46,826 nucleotides of DNA from an uncultured Clostridia bacterium (GCA_905233855.1 CAJOGA010000001.1:1-46826), one strand, 5' to 3'; positions 1 through 9,026 are shown, numbered from the stretch's first letter. The notes: generated by a model from the sequence alone, not told the origin. Program-made: numbers and translations.

Positions 1-73
1 TACCTTTAATTTGAGTTCATTTTAACTGATGAGCTCTCCTGAAAAGCCTTTATAATGGGTTTTTTGCTTTATG

Positions 74-106
74 CGGTCTGTGCATTTTGTCACAGCCCCG
101 TTTTTT
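74..106. repeat. Imperfect hairpin just past the aroA stop; copy of a dispersed palindromic motif
   Basis: CGGtCTGTG...CACAGcCCCG followed by a T6 tract. Bases 83-99 (CATTTTGTCACAGCCCC) match 5420-5436 (CATTTTGCTACAGCCCC) at 15 of 17 positions. Confidence 0.5.
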
Positions 107-116
107 ATGCCTAAGT

Positions 117-1394
117 TTAATTATTATATGACAGCTTGTCAAATATATCAAAAAATCCCGGGAATGACACATCAATGCATGAAGTATCGTCTATGGTACA
201 TTCTGAATTGCTCATTTGTGCAAGAACAGCGGCGGACATTGCAATTCTGTGGTCTCCGTACGATACAAAATCACAGCCGTTGATTTGCAAATTCTGATTT
301 CCTTCTATTATCATGCCGTCGTCGGTAGCTGTAATGTCCACACCGCCGCGTTTCAGTTCAGTAACGACAGTGTTTATGCGGTCAGACTCCTTCACTTTCA
401 GCTCTTTTGCATCTCTTATAACAGTGCGTCCTTTTGCGAAAGCGGCGGCAACGGCAATAATCGGAATTTCGTCAATCAGAGACGGGATTATATCGCCGCC
501 TATAGTGGTCGAGAGCAGTTTTGATGTCTGAACGTTTATGTCCGCAACGGGTTCGTTGTTTGTCGTATGACAATTATTCAGAGCAATGTTTGCGTTCATA
601 TCTTTAAGAACAGACAGCAGTCCTGTGCGGGTAGGGTTAACGCCTACATTTTTTATTGTGATGTTTGAATTTGGCATTATCAAAGCGGCAACAATCAAAA
701 ATGCGGCGGATGATATATCACCCGGCACGGCAATATCCAACGGGGACAGCACGTCTGTTTTGTGCAGAGTAACACAGTTGTCGCTTACGATTATATTTGC
801 ACCCATAGACGCCAGCATACGTTCGGTATGATCTCTGGACTTTGCAGGCTCGTGTATAACAGTTGTGCCGTTTGCATACAATCCTGCAAGGATAAGTGCG
901 GATTTAACCTGGGCACTGGCAACCGGCATGGCATAGTCTATGCCTGTTAATGTTCCGCCTCTAACCGTCATCGGGCAGTATTCCGATGAGAAGGACGCAC
1001 CCATAAGTGTTAAAGGTGTTGCTATACGGTTCATCGGACGTTTGCGTATAGATGCGTCGCCGTCGATGTTACACTCAAACGGCTGACCTGCCAATATGCC
1101 TGACATTAAGCGTGTTGTTGTGCCGGAGTTGGCGGTGTACAGTGTGGAGGTTGGTTTTGTGAAGCCGTGCATACCTTTGCCGTGTACTTTAATAATTTCG
1201 GGCGACATTTCTATGTCTACCCCTAATTTTTTAAAACAGTCTATGGTTGCCAGGCAGTCCGCGCCGTTTAAAAAGCCTGTTATGGAAGTTGTGCCGTTTG
1301 CCATTGCACCCAGCATAACACCGCGGTGCGATATGGATTTATCACCGGGCACGGAAGTTGTTCCGTTTATGGACGAATATTTTTTTATTATCAT
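117..1394 (-). CDS. aroA: 3-phosphoshikimate 1-carboxyvinyltransferase (EPSP synthase, class II)
   Basis: Motifs PGDKSISHR, NSGTTTRL, SAQVKSA, RDHTERML, KESDRI and DHRIAM. Start moved to ATG 1394 because it has a GGGAG RBS, and the ORF-track start at 1442 lies upstream of the -10 element. Confidence 0.97.
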   Translation of the reverse strand: MIIKKYSSINGTTSVPGDKSISHRGVMLGAMANGTTSITGFLNGADCLATIDCFKKLGVDIEMSPEIIKVHGKGMHGFTKPTSTLYTANSGTTTRLMSGILAGQPFECNIDGDASIRKRPMNRIATPLTLMGASFSSEYCPMTVRGGTLTGIDYAMPVASAQVKSALILAGLYANGTTVIHEPAKSRDHTERMLASMGANIIVSDNCVTLHKTDVLSPLDIAVPGDISSAAFLIVAALIMPNSNITIKNVGVNPTRTGLLSVLKDMNANIALNNCHTTNNEPVADINVQTSKLLSTTIGGDIIPSLIDEIPIIAVAAAFAKGRTVIRDAKELKVKESDRINTVVTELKRGGVDITATDDGMIIEGNQNLQINGCDFVSYGDHRIAMSAAVLAQMSNSECTIDDTSCIDVSFPGFFDIFDKLSYNN

Positions 1395-1430
1395 AACAAT
1401 TAACTCCCGAAAATATATATTGATATGAGT

Positions 1431-1439
1431 ATTGTACCA
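1431..1439 (-). promoter_or_regulatory. Extended -10 promoter element for aroA
   Basis: TGgTACAAT on the minus strand, about 37 nt upstream of the aroA ATG. Confidence 0.5.
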
Positions 1440-1562
1440 CATTATTCCGGATATGAAAAGTTTTTACATTAAAAACAATAAAAAACTTTTATTTTTGAAG
1501 AATTTGTAGTACAATAAAAAGCAAAGTATTAAGGAAGGGAGTTTGCCTTAAATCAGGTAAGC

Positions 1563-3221
1563 ATGGATAATATGGGCAATACAATGAAAAAACAAAATTT
1601 TATGCAGGGTGCCGCAATCCTTATAATAGGAAATTTTTTGGTTAAGCTTATAGGCGGAGCCTTGAAAATACCGCTCACCTTTATTTTAAAAGAGGAGGGT
1701 ATGGCTGTTTTCAACACAGCATATCAGGTGTACGCAATGTTATTTGCAATATCTACGGCAGGCATACCTGTTGCGGTGTCAAAAATAGTGGCTGAAAGCA
1801 TGGCGATAGGTCAGGTGAAGGATACAAAACGTATATTCACCGTTGCTTTGGCAATACTTTCGGGCATAGGTCTTGTCGGAATGTTGGTGTTGTTTTTCGG
1901 TGCAAGACAGATAGCGTCTCTGATGGGAGACACAAAAATCGTGTATTGTGTTATGGCAGTTTCGCCTGCGATATTCTTTATTACAATAGTGGCGTCGTAC
2001 AGGGGCTTTTTTCAGGGCATGCAGAACATGATACCTACAGCGGTGTCGCAAATTATAGAGGCGTTGGGTAAGCTTGTTATAGGCGTTATACTTGCATATG
2101 CCCTTATATCGATATCTACCTTTGAAATAGCCGCTACAGGTGCAATACTGGGTGTTACATCGGGTACGGCTATAAGTGCGGTTGTGCTTACTCTGATGTA
2201 TTTTAAAAGTAAAAGTCAAATATATTCGGGTTACGAAAATGTTCCATACAGCAAAAGCAAGCGTGAAATTGCAAAAACAATACTTACCATTGCAATTCCT
2301 ATAACGATAGGTGCATCGGTAACGAGCGTAACTGCGGTTGTGGACACGGCAATGATAAGGGCCAACCTGCAGAGGATAGTTTTTTCACCCGAAACCGCAC
2401 AGGCTCTTTATAACACCTATTCCGGCTTTTCAAATAATTTTGACGATATAACAACCACATTAAAAATAACGGAATCCGGTGCAAGATGGCTCTACGGAGC
2501 ATATTCCGGTTATGCCATGACACTGTTTAACATAGCGCCAAGTATAGTGGTGTCGATAGGAATGAGCCTTGTGCCGGCAATTGTCAGTGCGTATGCGGTC
2601 AACAACCTTGACGGAGCAAGGGAGTCTACTCAAACAGCGCTCAGAATAACTCTTATTATTGCGTTGCCTTGCGTTGCCGGATTGGAAATGCTGTCTGCTC
2701 CGGTGCTTAAGCTGATATTTAACAATTCGGCATCATCAATTTTGTTAAGACTCTTAAGCCCGGCAATTATATGGATGACGGTTGTTACGGTTACAACGTC
2801 AATTCTTCAGGCTACAGGCAGAGTAATGGTACCGTTCTGGAACATGGTTATAGGTGCTGTGATAAAAATTGTTGTGAATTGGTTTGCGGTGTCTAATCCG
2901 TATTTGTATATACACGGTGCACCGATAGGCACAAATTTGTGCTATCTGTTTGTGGCAGCTTCAAATTTGTATTTTCTCAAAAAGACGATTGACATTAAAT
3001 ACGATGTTGTGTCGATACTGCTGAAGCCGCTGTTGTGTGCGGCAGCGATGGGGGCGGTTGTTTGGCTTATGTATAATCCTCTGGAGAGCATTCTTCACAG
3101 CGGAAGATTTGCAACTGTTGCGGACATTTTGATTGGCGGATTGGTGTATCTTGTAATGCTTGTGTTGACCGGAAGTATAACAAAGCAGGATGTGAATATG
3201 ATAATCAAAAGGAAAAAGTAG
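1563..3221 (+). CDS. Polysaccharide biosynthesis / MOP-family flippase (SpoVB/YabM-like)
   Basis: N-terminal QNFMQGAAIL, plus STAGIPVAVSK and YRGFFQG...PTAVSQIIE. Many TM segments. Sits in the yabM position before mazG. Confidence 0.9.
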   Translation: MDNMGNTMKKQNFMQGAAILIIGNFLVKLIGGALKIPLTFILKEEGMAVFNTAYQVYAMLFAISTAGIPVAVSKIVAESMAIGQVKDTKRIFTVALAILSGIGLVGMLVLFFGARQIASLMGDTKIVYCVMAVSPAIFFITIVASYRGFFQGMQNMIPTAVSQIIEALGKLVIGVILAYALISISTFEIAATGAILGVTSGTAISAVVLTLMYFKSKSQIYSGYENVPYSKSKREIAKTILTIAIPITIGASVTSVTAVVDTAMIRANLQRIVFSPETAQALYNTYSGFSNNFDDITTTLKITESGARWLYGAYSGYAMTLFNIAPSIVVSIGMSLVPAIVSAYAVNNLDGARESTQTALRITLIIALPCVAGLEMLSAPVLKLIFNNSASSILLRLLSPAIIWMTVVTVTTSILQATGRVMVPFWNMVIGAVIKIVVNWFAVSNPYLYIHGAPIGTNLCYLFVAASNLYFLKKTIDIKYDVVSILLKPLLCAAAMGAVVWLMYNPLESILHSGRFATVADILIGGLVYLVMLVLTGSITKQDVNMIIKRKK

Positions 3222-3235
3222 GGGGGACGGGATTT

Positions 3236-3925
3236 ATGAAACAGTACACATTGGACGATATATTTGACATAATGAAGGTTTTACGCGGAGAAAACGGATG
3301 CCCGTGGGACAGGGTGCAAACGCATGAGAGTATAAGAAAAAATCTGATAGAGGAGGCATACGAGGCGGCAGATGCCATGGATAAAGACGATAAGGCCTTT
3401 GCAAATGAGTTGGGCGACGTTTTACTGCAGGTTATTTTTCATGCCTGTATAGCAAGCGACCGCGGTGCGTTCACATTTGACGACATTTTGAACGAATTGG
3501 GAAATAAGCTTGTGTCGCGTCATTCGCATATATTCGGAAACGATACCGCCGTCGATGCCGAACAGGCACTTGCCAGATGGGAAGAGAACAAACGTAAGGA
3601 AAAAGGATTGGAATCGCCGGCTCAGATGTTTGACGACATACCAAAACATATGCCTGCACTGATGAGAGCAGAGAAGGTGCAAAAGAAGATGGCGTCGGTC
3701 GGATTTTTGCAAAATGACGCAGAAGAATATATGAACATTATAAAGAGTAACGTGGGAAAACTTGAAAATGCTGTGAATGAAAATCAACCGGTTGAGGAAA
3801 ATATAGGTGAAATATTGTTCATGCTTGCGGGTTTTGCAAGGAAAATGGGCGTAAATGCCGAGGAATTATTGAGCAAAACCACGTCAAAATATGTGGAAAA
3901 ATATAAAAATTCTGAAAAACATTAA
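3236..3925 (+). CDS. mazG: MazG-family nucleoside triphosphate pyrophosphohydrolase (YabN-like, no methylase domain)
   Basis: LRGENGCPWDRVQTHESI, EEAYE, ELGDVLLQVIFH and RHSHIFG. Confidence 0.9.
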   Translation: MKQYTLDDIFDIMKVLRGENGCPWDRVQTHESIRKNLIEEAYEAADAMDKDDKAFANELGDVLLQVIFHACIASDRGAFTFDDILNELGNKLVSRHSHIFGNDTAVDAEQALARWEENKRKEKGLESPAQMFDDIPKHMPALMRAEKVQKKMASVGFLQNDAEEYMNIIKSNVGKLENAVNENQPVEENIGEILFMLAGFARKMGVNAEELLSKTTSKYVEKYKNSEKH

Positions 3926-3974
3926 AAAACATAAAAAAAAACATGTATTTTTTGCATTTTTTATAAAAAAAGTC

Positions 3975-4003
3975 TTGAAAAAGTAAATTTTATATTATAT
4001 AAT
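3975..4003 (+). promoter_or_regulatory. SigA promoter of hup
   Basis: TTGAAA-N17-TATAAT. Confidence 0.8.
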
Positions 4004-4044
4004 TACAAAAGCAATAGAAATTAATTTTTAAGGGGGATATAATA

Positions 4045-4317
4045 ATGAACAAATCAGAATTGACAGTTAAGATCGCAGAAAAAGCAGGTCTTACAAAAAA
4101 AGACAGCGAGAAGGCATTAAATGCATTCTTGGAAACTGTTACAGAAACTCTTAAAGCAAAAGATAAAATCCAACTTGTTGGTTTTGGTACTTTTGAAGCT
4201 AAGAAAAGAGCTGCAAGAAAAGGCAAGAATCCTGCTACCGGTGCTGAAATCAAAATTCCTGCAACAACTGTTCCTACATTTAAAGCAGGTAAAGCTCTTA
4301 AAGATGCAATAAAATAA
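4045..4317 (+). CDS. hup: DNA-binding protein HU
   Basis: MNKSEL...QLVGFGTFE...RAARKGKNPATG...PTFKAGKALKDA. Confidence 0.98.
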   Translation: MNKSELTVKIAEKAGLTKKDSEKALNAFLETVTETLKAKDKIQLVGFGTFEAKKRAARKGKNPATGAEIKIPATTVPTFKAGKALKDAIK

Positions 4318-4335
4318 TTTTTTATGCATGAACGT

Positions 4336-4365
4336 AAAGCCGGGATAGTGTCCCGGCTTTTGTTT
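4336..4365 (+). terminator. Intrinsic terminator after hup
   Basis: AAAGCCGGGA-tagtg-TCCCGGCTTT followed by a T-rich tail. Confidence 0.85.
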
Positions 4366-4388
4366 GTGTTTTTCAAACGGAGGAAATT

Positions 4389-4631
4389 ATGCGGTTAGAT
4401 AAATATTTAAAGGTGTCAAGGCTCATAAAACGCCGAACGGTTGCAAATGAAGCGTGCGACCAGGGCAGAATAACCGTTAACGATAAGGTGGCAAAGGCGT
4501 CGTATGAGGTTAAAGAGGGCGACATTATAGCCATCAAAATGGGTGATAAGGTTATTAAGGCGGAAGTTATAAATGTAGCTCAAACAGTCGCAAAACAGGA
4601 CGCTTCCGGTCTTTATAAAATAATTCAGTAA
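4389..4631 (+). CDS. yabO: S4-domain RNA-binding protein YabO/RqcP
   Basis: MRLDKYLKVSRLIKRRTVANEACDQGRI; conserved hup-yabO-yabP synteny. Confidence 0.93.
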   Translation: MRLDKYLKVSRLIKRRTVANEACDQGRITVNDKVAKASYEVKEGDIIAIKMGDKVIKAEVINVAQTVAKQDASGLYKIIQ

Positions 4632-4659
4632 TAGGACAAAGCCTCTTATGCATAGATAT
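4629..4659 (+). promoter_or_regulatory. Possible SigE promoter for yabPQ
   Basis: ATA(4631)-N17-CATAGATAT, an imperfect match to the SigE consensus. yabPQ is SigE-dependent in B. subtilis. Confidence 0.35.
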
Positions 4660-4705
4660 AATATAGTTATAAAGCTATATTTTATCTTTTGAAAGGGGTT
4701 TTTTT

Positions 4706-4993
4706 ATGCCTGTAATTGAAGAAAAGAAAACACAACCTGTTCACAATGTCGCAATGGAAAACAGGGAGCGGATAACGCTTACCGGGATTGAAGAGGTTGA
4801 AAGCTTTGACGAAAGCCAAATAATGCTGTACACACAAATGGGTATGCTTACTATACGCGGCGAAGATTTGCATATTAATAAATTGAATGTGGATACCGGC
4901 GATGTTGTTATAGACGGACTTATCACAAGTTGTGTATATTCCGACGCACATAACGGTCATGACGGCGGATTCTGGAAAAGAATTTTCAGATAA
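4706..4993 (+). CDS. yabP: Sporulation protein YabP
   Basis: MENRERITLTGIEEVESFDE...GMLTIRGEDLHINKLNV...GFWKRIFR. Confidence 0.93.
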   Translation: MPVIEEKKTQPVHNVAMENRERITLTGIEEVESFDESQIMLYTQMGMLTIRGEDLHINKLNVDTGDVVIDGLITSCVYSDAHNGHDGGFWKRIFR

Positions 4994-5023
4994 TTTAAAA
5001 ATTCCGGAAAGGGAAATGATAAC

Positions 5024-5389
5024 ATGGCGGTTTCTGTTACTTTGCAGTGTTATGTTTTTTTGGTGATGTGCGTTATAGGTGTAGTTATTGGAGCGGCGTT
5101 TGACGTTTTGCGTGTTGTGCAGATGCACATTAAAACCAACACCGTTATAATTGCGTTGACAGATGCACTGTTTTGGATTGCTGTAACTTTTGTGGTGCTG
5201 TACACCGTGTTTTGGGTTAACAGCGGAGAAATACGCTGGTTTGAATTTTTGGCGTTGGCACTCGGCGGTATAATATATTTTAACACTGTGAGCAGATTGT
5301 TTATTAAGATAATAAGAAGCGTGTCGGATTTTATTATTAAAGCCGCAAAAAAGACAGTTATGTTTTTTGTAAAATTTAAAAGGACTTAA
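5024..5389 (+). CDS. yabQ: Spore cortex biosynthesis protein YabQ
   Basis: Hydrophobic protein with GAAFDVLR, DALFW and NSGEIRWF; follows yabP. Confidence 0.88.
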   Translation: MAVSVTLQCYVFLVMCVIGVVIGAAFDVLRVVQMHIKTNTVIIALTDALFWIAVTFVVLYTVFWVNSGEIRWFEFLALALGGIIYFNTVSRLFIKIIRSVSDFIIKAAKKTVMFFVKFKRT

Positions 5390-5442
5390 AAAGGGACTGT
5401 AGCAATTTGATTAAAGAATCATTTTGCTACAGCCCCCTTTTT
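5388..5442. terminator. Long bidirectional hairpin between convergent yabQ and the deaminase gene
   Basis: AAAAAGGGaCTGTAGCAA...TTGCTACAGcCCCCTTTTT with an inner TGATT/AATCA pair, and A/T tracts on both sides. Confidence 0.8.
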
Positions 5443-5929
5443 AATATCCGAATTGACCGGAAAGGGAATCGTCGTCCTTTATCCATTCGTCAACATTTAC
5501 TATCCGGTAATCGTCAGAAGTGTCCCGTATAACAACCTTTGATATTCCTGAATTAATGATTAATCTTTTGCACATGGAGCAGCTGTTTGTGCCGCTTACC
5601 AACTCCGATGTTTTGGCGTCCATACACACAAGGTATAAAGTGGCACCGATGGTATCACGCCGTGCCGCACTGATGATTGCGTTTGCCTCGGAATGTACGC
5701 TTCGACACAGCTCATAGCGTTCACCACGAGGTATATTAAGTTTTTCACGCATGCAAAACTCCAAATCGGAGCAATTCCGTCTGCCGCGTGGTGCACCTGT
5801 GTATCCCGTTGATATTATCTCGTCGTTTTTAACTATGATAGCACCGAAATTGCGACGAAGACACGTGCCGCGTTCCGCAACAGTTTGTGCAATATCAAGA
5901 TAATAGTTGTATTTATCACGTCGATCCAT
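5441..5929 (-). CDS. Cytidine/deoxycytidylate deaminase family protein (dCMP deaminase-like)
   Basis: Zn motifs HSEANA and CSMC; TCLRR, STGYTGAPRG and YELCRSVH. Confidence 0.9.
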   Translation of the reverse strand: MDRRDKYNYYLDIAQTVAERGTCLRRNFGAIIVKNDEIISTGYTGAPRGRRNCSDLEFCMREKLNIPRGERYELCRSVHSEANAIISAARRDTIGATLYLVCMDAKTSELVSGTNSCSMCKRLIINSGISKVVIRDTSDDYRIVNVDEWIKDDDSLSGQFGY

Positions 5930-5996
5930 TCATATCACCCCATAAGTTACTTTTACATACAGAGTAACATATTTTGGGTGAATATTCAACAGTTTT

Positions 5997-7055
5997 TTAT
6001 ATGATGGAATTTATAAGATTTTTGCTGTATTCATTCAATGAATCAAAATTCATGGCGGACACATAGCTTTCTTCCAATTTATCGTGCAATGATTTTGCTT
6101 TTTTAACACATTCCGATGCATAGCTTATCATTTTTGAAAAAAACTCTTCGTCATCGGCTATGTCTGACGGAGTATAATTTGCAATCAAAGCGATGTCATA
6201 AACGTCGGCATTTGAGTCCGGCACAGTGTGGAATCTGTTTGACGAAGTAATAAATGTTTTAAGTGCGGGAATATATATGTGTTCAATTTTGTCAGACGGC
6301 GACATCGGACAATAGAAAATGTATCCGTCTATGTTTTGCTTACGCATGATATTTGCAACGGTGTTAAACAGTAAAGACACGTCTGCGTGTATATCGTTTT
6401 TGATAACATAAATTTTGTCTGCAACGTCGGCAAAGGTTTGAATGTAGTTGATAAGACCCAAAGGTGTTATGCCGCTCAGGAAAAAATCCTTTGCGTTTCC
6501 GCTTCCGAAAGCGGCTGAAAGGTCGATTTCGTTTATAATGGATGACAATGCGGCGTTTATCGCATGGATATTAATATCGGCATTTATGTGCCGACAGCAT
6601 TTAACGCAAATACTGTTTGCCGCCGACAGATATGTATATGCATCTTTAAAACAGGTTGAAATGCTGTTTTGCAGCTTTATTATACTGTCTTTATCTTTTG
6701 CCAGCTTGTTTGTATCAAAGAAGTCGCCGAAGTTTAATATTTCGTCAAACGCACCGGGAACTATCGGATCGCACACATGCGGCGACGTGCCGTCTATAAC
6801 CGATATACCCAATTCACGAACCGTAACGCCGTCCAATGAATCGGGATCGGACGAACAGTGCAAAAGCTCAACATCATAGCCCTTTTCTTTTGCACGAGTG
6901 CCTAATTTTTTCATAAAGGTTGATTTGCCTGTGCCGGGGCCGCCTTTTACAATGTACATACGGTTGTTTTCCGCTGGGGTTAGAATGTTATGATAGTAAG
7001 AAAAGAAACCGCCCGGAGTGTTTGCACCCGGAAAATACTCTAAAACAGTAGACAT
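5997..7055 (-). CDS. PRK06851-like P-loop NTPase of unknown function
   Basis: YFPGANTPGGFFSYY, Walker A GGPGTGKST, HCSSDPDSLDG, DGTSPH and HDKLEESYVSAMNF. Confidence 0.8.
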   Translation of the reverse strand: MSTVLEYFPGANTPGGFFSYYHNILTPAENNRMYIVKGGPGTGKSTFMKKLGTRAKEKGYDVELLHCSSDPDSLDGVTVRELGISVIDGTSPHVCDPIVPGAFDEILNFGDFFDTNKLAKDKDSIIKLQNSISTCFKDAYTYLSAANSICVKCCRHINADINIHAINAALSSIINEIDLSAAFGSGNAKDFFLSGITPLGLINYIQTFADVADKIYVIKNDIHADVSLLFNTVANIMRKQNIDGYIFYCPMSPSDKIEHIYIPALKTFITSSNRFHTVPDSNADVYDIALIANYTPSDIADDEEFFSKMISYASECVKKAKSLHDKLEESYVSAMNFDSLNEYSKNLINSII

Positions 7056-7141
7056 AGTATACCTCCAAATATGAAAAATAGCAGATAAAATATTTATCTG
7101 TCTGAATATATTTTTGAAAATTGAATTTTATTACAACTTTT

Positions 7142-7873
7142 TTATTTTAATGCTTGTTCACGCAGATTAAGCAGTATCTTTTTTTCCAAACGCGACACCT
7201 GAACCTGAGATATGCCAAAAGCCGATGCAACATCACTTTGAGTTTTGCCCTCCAGATAACGCATATGCACTAAGGCATAGCTGCGTTTGTCCAGCGTTGA
7301 CATAAGCTGTTTTAAAAGCATGGAATTTATTATCTTTTCTTCGCTTTCCTCATCGGCGACAGTGTCCATAAGGGTAAGCGGTCTGCCGGAGCTGTCCGAT
7401 GCGGTGTGATCGTCGAGAGATTGAGGCGGCTGTATTGCCTCCAAAGCAGGAATGAGCGTTTCGGTATCCACGCCAACAGCAGCCGCTATTTCGCTGATTG
7501 TCGGCTCACGACCTAACTCCTGCCTGAGCTTTAATGACTGAACACCGGCTTTCATGCCGAGCTCTTTTGTGCTCCGGCTTATTTTTATTATGGAGTCATC
7601 ACGTAAAAAACGCTTGATTTCGCCGGTTATAAGCGGTACGGCATAGGTTGAAAATTTTACTCCGAATTGCAGGTTGAAATTTTTAACGGCTTTTATCAAC
7701 CCTATAACGCCTATCTGAAAAAGGTCCTCCTGTTCGTGTCCTCTGCCTGTAAAATGTTTGACAATGCTGTGCACAAGAGCGGTGTTTTGCTCTATCAGCA
7801 TATCGAATGCACTGCTGTCGCCGTTTTGATACATAGTCAATAATTCTTCATTGCTGTATTGCAGATTTATCAT
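7142..7873 (-). CDS. sigF: Forespore RNA polymerase sigma factor F
   Basis: EDLFQIGVIGLIKAV, FSTYAVPLITGEIKRFLRDD and TQSDVA...ISQVQVSRLEKKIL; follows spoIIAA-AB. Confidence 0.93.
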   Translation of the reverse strand: MINLQYSNEELLTMYQNGDSSAFDMLIEQNTALVHSIVKHFTGRGHEQEDLFQIGVIGLIKAVKNFNLQFGVKFSTYAVPLITGEIKRFLRDDSIIKISRSTKELGMKAGVQSLKLRQELGREPTISEIAAAVGVDTETLIPALEAIQPPQSLDDHTASDSSGRPLTLMDTVADEESEEKIINSMLLKQLMSTLDKRSYALVHMRYLEGKTQSDVASAFGISQVQVSRLEKKILLNLREQALK

Positions 7874-7905
7874 GCCTTTTCAGCTCCTTTCACTCTGCAA
7901 TACAT

Positions 7906-8328
7906 TTAATTTGTACCGATTTTTTTGGTCATGGTTACGGTTGTGCCTTCGCCTTTTTTGCTTTGCACCTCTACGCTGTCCATAAAGGTTTGCATTATTG
8001 TAAAGCCAAGACCGGTTCGTTCGCTGTCCGGCTTGCCTGTGTACAGAGGCTCCATCGCCTGATCTATATTTTCTATGCCTTTGCCTGTATCGCTGATTTT
8101 TATTGTGATAACATTTGCACAAGACGCACATTCCATACAAACAATGCCTTCACTGTCTTCGTATCCGTGGATAATGGCGTTTGTAACCGCTTCGGACACA
8201 GCCGTTTTGATCTCGTTTATTTCTTCAAGCGTGGGGTCTGATGACAACGCAAACGCGGCCGCTATACTTCTGGAAAGACGTTCATTGTCCGACCTGCTCA
8301 TTATTTCAACTTTTATGTAATTATCCAT
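7906..8328 (-). CDS. spoIIAB: Anti-sigma F factor (Ser kinase)
   Basis: DPTLEEINEIKTAVSEAVTNAIIHGY, ISDTGKGI and ERTGLGFTIMQTFMD. Confidence 0.96.
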   Translation of the reverse strand: MDNYIKVEIMSRSDNERLSRSIAAAFALSSDPTLEEINEIKTAVSEAVTNAIIHGYEDSEGIVCMECASCANVITIKISDTGKGIENIDQAMEPLYTGKPDSERTGLGFTIMQTFMDSVEVQSKKGEGTTVTMTKKIGTN

Positions 8329-8331
8329 TGC

Positions 8332-8676
8332 TTAACCCTCCTCTGCCATGTTGAGTGCGGCGTCTTCCGTTTCGCACATTTTCACAAGCTTGTCCACGCC
8401 CGACATTCTGAGCAGTTTGCCTATCCTGTCCGATGCACAGCTTATTATCACAGAACCGTTCATCATGGAGATAAGCTTGTATCTGCCCATTATCATGCCT
8501 ATGCCGGAGCTGTCCATGAACGTTATGCCGGATAAATCCAAAATGAAAGTTCTGGCAGTGGTACGCTTTATTTCTTTGTCCATGTTTTCACGCAGAGCAA
8601 TAACGCTGTGATGATCTATTTCCCCTTCAAGATATATAATCAATGCCCGTTTTGAATTGATAAGTTTTAAACGCAT
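8332..8676 (-). CDS. spoIIAA: Anti-sigma F antagonist (STAS domain)
   Basis: LEGEIDHH and TFMDSSGIGMIMGRYK (phosphoacceptor Ser). Start moved to ATG 8676, which has an AAGGAAGGT RBS. Confidence 0.95.
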   Translation of the reverse strand: MRLKLINSKRALIIYLEGEIDHHSVIALRENMDKEIKRTTARTFILDLSGITFMDSSGIGMIMGRYKLISMMNGSVIISCASDRIGKLLRMSGVDKLVKMCETEDAALNMAEEG

Positions 8677-8710
8677 ATATACCTTCCTTTCTTTTGTGTA
8701 TAAATAAATT

Positions 8711-8754
8711 ATATCAGCAATACGCTCCAAATGCTTTGACTTGTTTTGTCGTAA
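8711..8754 (-). promoter_or_regulatory. Possible Spo0A box and degenerate SigH-like promoter of spoIIA
   Basis: TGTCGTA at 8747-8753 (one mismatch to TGNCGAA), then AAAGCATTT...GATAT on the minus strand. Both are imperfect. Confidence 0.3.
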
Positions 8755-8953
8755 CATAGGAAAATAAAAACAAAATACGACCTTTCACTGTAATGTAAGC
8801 GGCGGTGAATGAATTTATCAAACTGTGTGATGCGTTGCCGATACGGATAAATGGTTGTTATCAACAAAAAAATTAAAAATTTTATAAAAAATGAGTTAAA
8901 ATCATACAAAAAAAGAAGGAAAAATATTATGGAATGAAGAATACTATATATTG

Positions 8954-9026
8954 AGACGTAAATCGTCTGACGCTTGTAATTAACTCGAGATGATAAAGTA
9001 CGGATTTCTCCGTTTTATTACCCGAG
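8954..9026 (+). promoter_or_regulatory. Structured 5' leader of the EF-G paralog
   Basis: Hairpin AGACG/CGTCT (8954-8968) and a long bulged hairpin CTCG..TGATAAA..ACGGA-tttc-TCCGT-TTTATTA..CGAG (8984-9026). Confidence 0.45.

Noticed and set aside
1-66. CTGATGA...GAAA, resembling a hammerhead core or the 3' half of a fluoride riboswitch
   Set aside because: Hammerhead stems I and II cannot be formed. There is no downstream plus-strand gene for a riboswitch to control, and the 5' part lies outside the window.
1395-1442. ORF-track N-terminal extensions (aroA, also spoIIAA, hydC, hydD, rex, hpt, tilS)
   Set aside because: Downstream starts have clear RBSs and match family lengths, and the extensions overlap promoters or neighbouring genes.
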